Source of the DNA: Gracilinanus agilis
Taxonomy: Eukaryota
Assembly: GCF_016433145.1 (NCBI RefSeq)
Contig: NC_058133.1
Span: 366,186,738-366,250,505 of the forward strand
Length of the DNA: 63,768 nt
Direction of reading: 5' to 3'
Shown here: in pieces, positions 61,001 to 63,768 of the stretch
How positions within the stretch are numbered: the stretch's first letter is position 1
Layout of the letters: every line of letters starts with the position of its first letter
The notes under the pieces: generated by a model
What the model saw: only the letters and a program-made list of their open reading frames with translations
Databases searched by the model: none
Told to the model about the DNA's origin: nothing
Translations under genes and position numbers: made by a program

Positions 61001-62025
61001 ATTTGAATTATTATTTCTATTATTTTACATCACATGATTTAAAACAGAATAAGCTGTTGGGGAAAGGCTTTTTATATGCAAGGAGTAATAACAGCAAATG
61101 AAAGAATGTGGCTCTTGTGATCGACAGGCTGTAGATCCGATAATGTTATATTTTCATGTGTTTGCTTTGGAATATAGAATAATAGTTTTAGTTTTAGTTT
61201 TCAAGAACATTTTTATTCATAGTCTTTTATCATGAAAGTCCTTTTGGATAGTGTCATTTTCTGATGTCTTTCTACATTCTAGTCCTTTTCAAAGACACAA
61301 AAAGGAGACAATGTTTTAACAACTTTCTGCATTGCAGTGAATTAAACTTTAAGAAAAGTGTCCCTTCCAAAGCAACACCATATAGTTTGAATTTCATTTT
61401 CTTTTTTCTCTTTCTCACTGAGTTCTCCACATTTGTGAATTATATCAGCTCTTGCTTGGAAAATGCAGAGAAGATAAAGATGAGCCAGTAAGATAAGAAA
61501 ACTGGAGCTCATCAATAAAATATTTTTCTAACACATTACCAAATCTGTGGAGGAAGATGATATCTTCAGGTTCAGCATTGCTTGACTTACAAATCAGTGC
61601 CAGTAGAGAAATCGAATCTTTTTCTAATCAGCTCTCAAGGAATCTCATATTTTCAGGAAGCCACTAAAACCTGTTTGTTGCACTTGCAAATTAACTACTG
61701 AAACATTAACCTCAAGATCAAACTCTCTTTACAGGATATCACTTTGAGAAAGTAATTCAGGTAAGGCCAATACATAAACCTGAGGTTCACCATCTTGTTC
61801 ATGCAGGAAGAACTAATGCTATGGAGCAGGTCAGTAAAGGTGAGCAATTTCAATATCTGGTTTCAAAAATTACTTTAAAGAAAATCAATCTATACTGACA
61901 TTTTGAAATGGTGACAATGAATGTTCAATAAAGTGAATTTGGAATGAGATTTCCCCTACCCCCATTCTACTTTTTCTTCACAACAATATTCACATATTAC
62001 TCAGTGCTATAAAGGCAAGCATTTT

Positions 62026-62029
62026 GTGA

Positions 62030-62080
<51 letters not shown>

Positions 62081-62084
62081 TGTG
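62026..62084. repeat. (TG)n microsatellite
   Basis: Direct observation. Confidence 0.95.
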
Positions 62085-62384
62085 TTTCGGGGGTCCTATC
62101 ATGATTCAACAATAACTTTAAGAATACATTTGAGGCTAGCAGAGATTAAAAAATGGAAATCAGTCTCTCATTTGAGTTCTTAATAAGCCTGGTAAATAGG
62201 GGTTAAGGATGTGGATTTTTATAAATATCAATAAAAGCTAATCAGAAGCAGTGGTAATCAATACCATTTTGAAGAGGACTTAAATTTAGCCACACATCTG
62301 GACTAGATAGTTGAATTATGACTATCGAAAATCAGGGAATTAGCTAGGATTGGTTAACTTTATCAGAATTTTCCCAATTCATTT

Positions 62385-62595
62385 AAGAGGCAGAATGACA
62401 TGGAGGTCAAAAGCACTGGATTTGGAGTCAGAGGCCTGGGGTCTGAATACTAGTGCTACCTACCCCTTGCCACCCAGGTGACTTCAGGTACATATGTCAT
62501 GCTGTGTCTCTGGGTATCAGTCATCTGTAAAATGAGGAGATTGAACTAGATGACGGCAAAGGTCCCTTCCAAATCAAATCTATGGTTCTATGATT
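62385..62595 (+). mobile_element. MIR3 SINE
   Basis: 'aaagcactggatttggagtcagagg...tcatctgtaaaatgaggagattgaactagatgacggcaaaggtcccttcc...tctatggttctatg'. Confidence 0.88.
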
Positions 62596-62660
62596 TAATG
62601 ATTGCCCTTCAAAATCCAGTTGTACAATAATGTTCTCTCAGTTCCCCAACATGTAAATGA

Positions 62661-62713
62661 CTTTCTAATTTAAGAATTGCTTTCTAATTTAAAGATTGCT
62701 TTCTAATTTAAGG
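62661..62713. repeat. 19-bp tandem repeat, ~2.8 copies
   Basis: ctttctaatttaagaattg / ctttctaatttaaagattg / ctttctaatttaagg. Confidence 0.9.
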
Positions 62714-62910
62714 CTAAAGAAAGGCAAGAGGTATTACAAGAAGGAAGCACAGAGCTTCTTACAAGGAGACAACCATGATTCCTCTTTTATAAATCATATT
62801 AGCACTTGTCTTGAAATTAAATTCAGTTGTCTCTATCTTACAAGATTATCCTTAAAGGGGAAAATTATATGAAAACATTTTCTTGTCAAAAGAAATGAAC
62901 ACAAGTTCTA

Positions 62911-63431
62911 TTGATTGTTTATGTTGTTTGTCTTTCTTTTTGAAGAGAATCAAAGACATCATGGGTGATTTGCAATTGAACTGGATTTAGGTGAGGCAGA
63001 GTTGCACAAAGTTGTTGGCCTCATTCTCTTCCAGAGTCAATGAAATCCAGTGGCAGGACGAAAAGTCAGGACAACTGGCAATGGACCAGGATGGGGGAGG
63101 ATGACCGTGGTATCTTCAATGTCTGACCAAGCTCTAAACACTTTATAGGTTCTGCTTTAGCTGCCTTCATGGCCATTGGAATGAATTACTCTTACCCATC
63201 TATTCTGTAGGGGGAAATCTTCTCAAGCTTAGTGTATACAAGCTAGTAATTATCTGATTGGTTTGAAGACTGTAGGTTTAGGCTGCATGCTGAGACCATT
63301 TACCAGGCTGTGGTCACTGCACATGCTACAGCTTCTTGGAAACCCAGGGGAGCATTGAGTGCTAGTTGGACACCAAAGATGGATGAGCAGCCCTGAAAAG
63401 GACTTGGAAATCCCTCATATCAGAGATGCTA
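62911..63431 (-). mobile_element. RTE-dependent marsupial SINE (WALLSI3/4-like), near full length
   Basis: Degenerate (TTG)n tail; body 'aactggatttaggtgaggcagagttgcacaaag...gtctgaccaagctctaa...catgctacagcttcttgga...ggatgagcagccctgaaaagg'; homologous to 6739-6910. Confidence 0.75.
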
Positions 63432-63768
63432 AAACTATGAATACCCTATACACCCCACATTCCCCTACTGATAAACAGATTGCTAGCAACGATGGGTGAT
63501 TATAAGAAAAGTTTTTTGCCTTTACTTGTTTACATTCACTTAGCCTTTACTGTTCTTTAATCTTTTTTGTTAGTATGTTTAAATTCTCCTAGTGAGATAT
63601 TTTACTAGTGTACATAGAGTTGAACTAACTCATATTTCATTGCTGTCCTAGGGCTATCTCACAAGCCAATAGGAAAATAAATTTTCAAGGACAATACTTG
63701 TTTGTTCCTAGGACAGATTTGTGTAATGTAGATTTTTAAATACAAGTAGTGGTCTATTTGGAATATAG

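Noticed and set aside
634-61491. All supplied six-frame ORFs as protein-coding genes
   Set aside because: They are 60-140 aa of real sequence, many start at non-ATG codons, and most overlap SINE/LINE remnants or microsatellites. I recognise no protein family and see no consistent exon chain.
62661-62713. CRISPR-like or other prokaryotic repeat array
   Set aside because: The units are directly adjacent with no spacers, and the DNA is clearly mammalian; there are no cas genes, operons or terminators.

Overview
AT-rich, CpG-poor eukaryotic genomic DNA with three assembly gaps. The repeat content points to a marsupial, most likely the opossum Monodelphis domestica or a close didelphid: SINE1_Mdo-type and MAR1 SINEs, marsupial L1 3' ends, a BovB/RTE fragment and WALLSI-like elements, on top of ancient MIR/MIR3, L2 and L3/CR1. 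Repeat family names are from recalled consensus sequences, not from a search. I find no supportable protein-coding gene, RNA gene or CRISPR array. The supplied ORFs are short chance ORFs, ORFs running through N gaps or microsatellites, or decayed LINE fragments. The window reads as a large intron or gene desert, with several repeat-free, CpG-retaining, motif-dense patches that resemble enhancers. I see no convincing new biological system. The observations most worth checking are: a 130-nt near-perfect hairpin of unassigned origin (60474-60603); an old ~240-bp local duplication (4392-4628 and 5383-5628); a four-layer transposon nest containing a tail-to-tail inverted SINE pair (49760-50520); and an intact hAT MITE with a perfect 8-bp TSD (34463-34666). 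Boundaries of old repeats are approximate (tens of bp).
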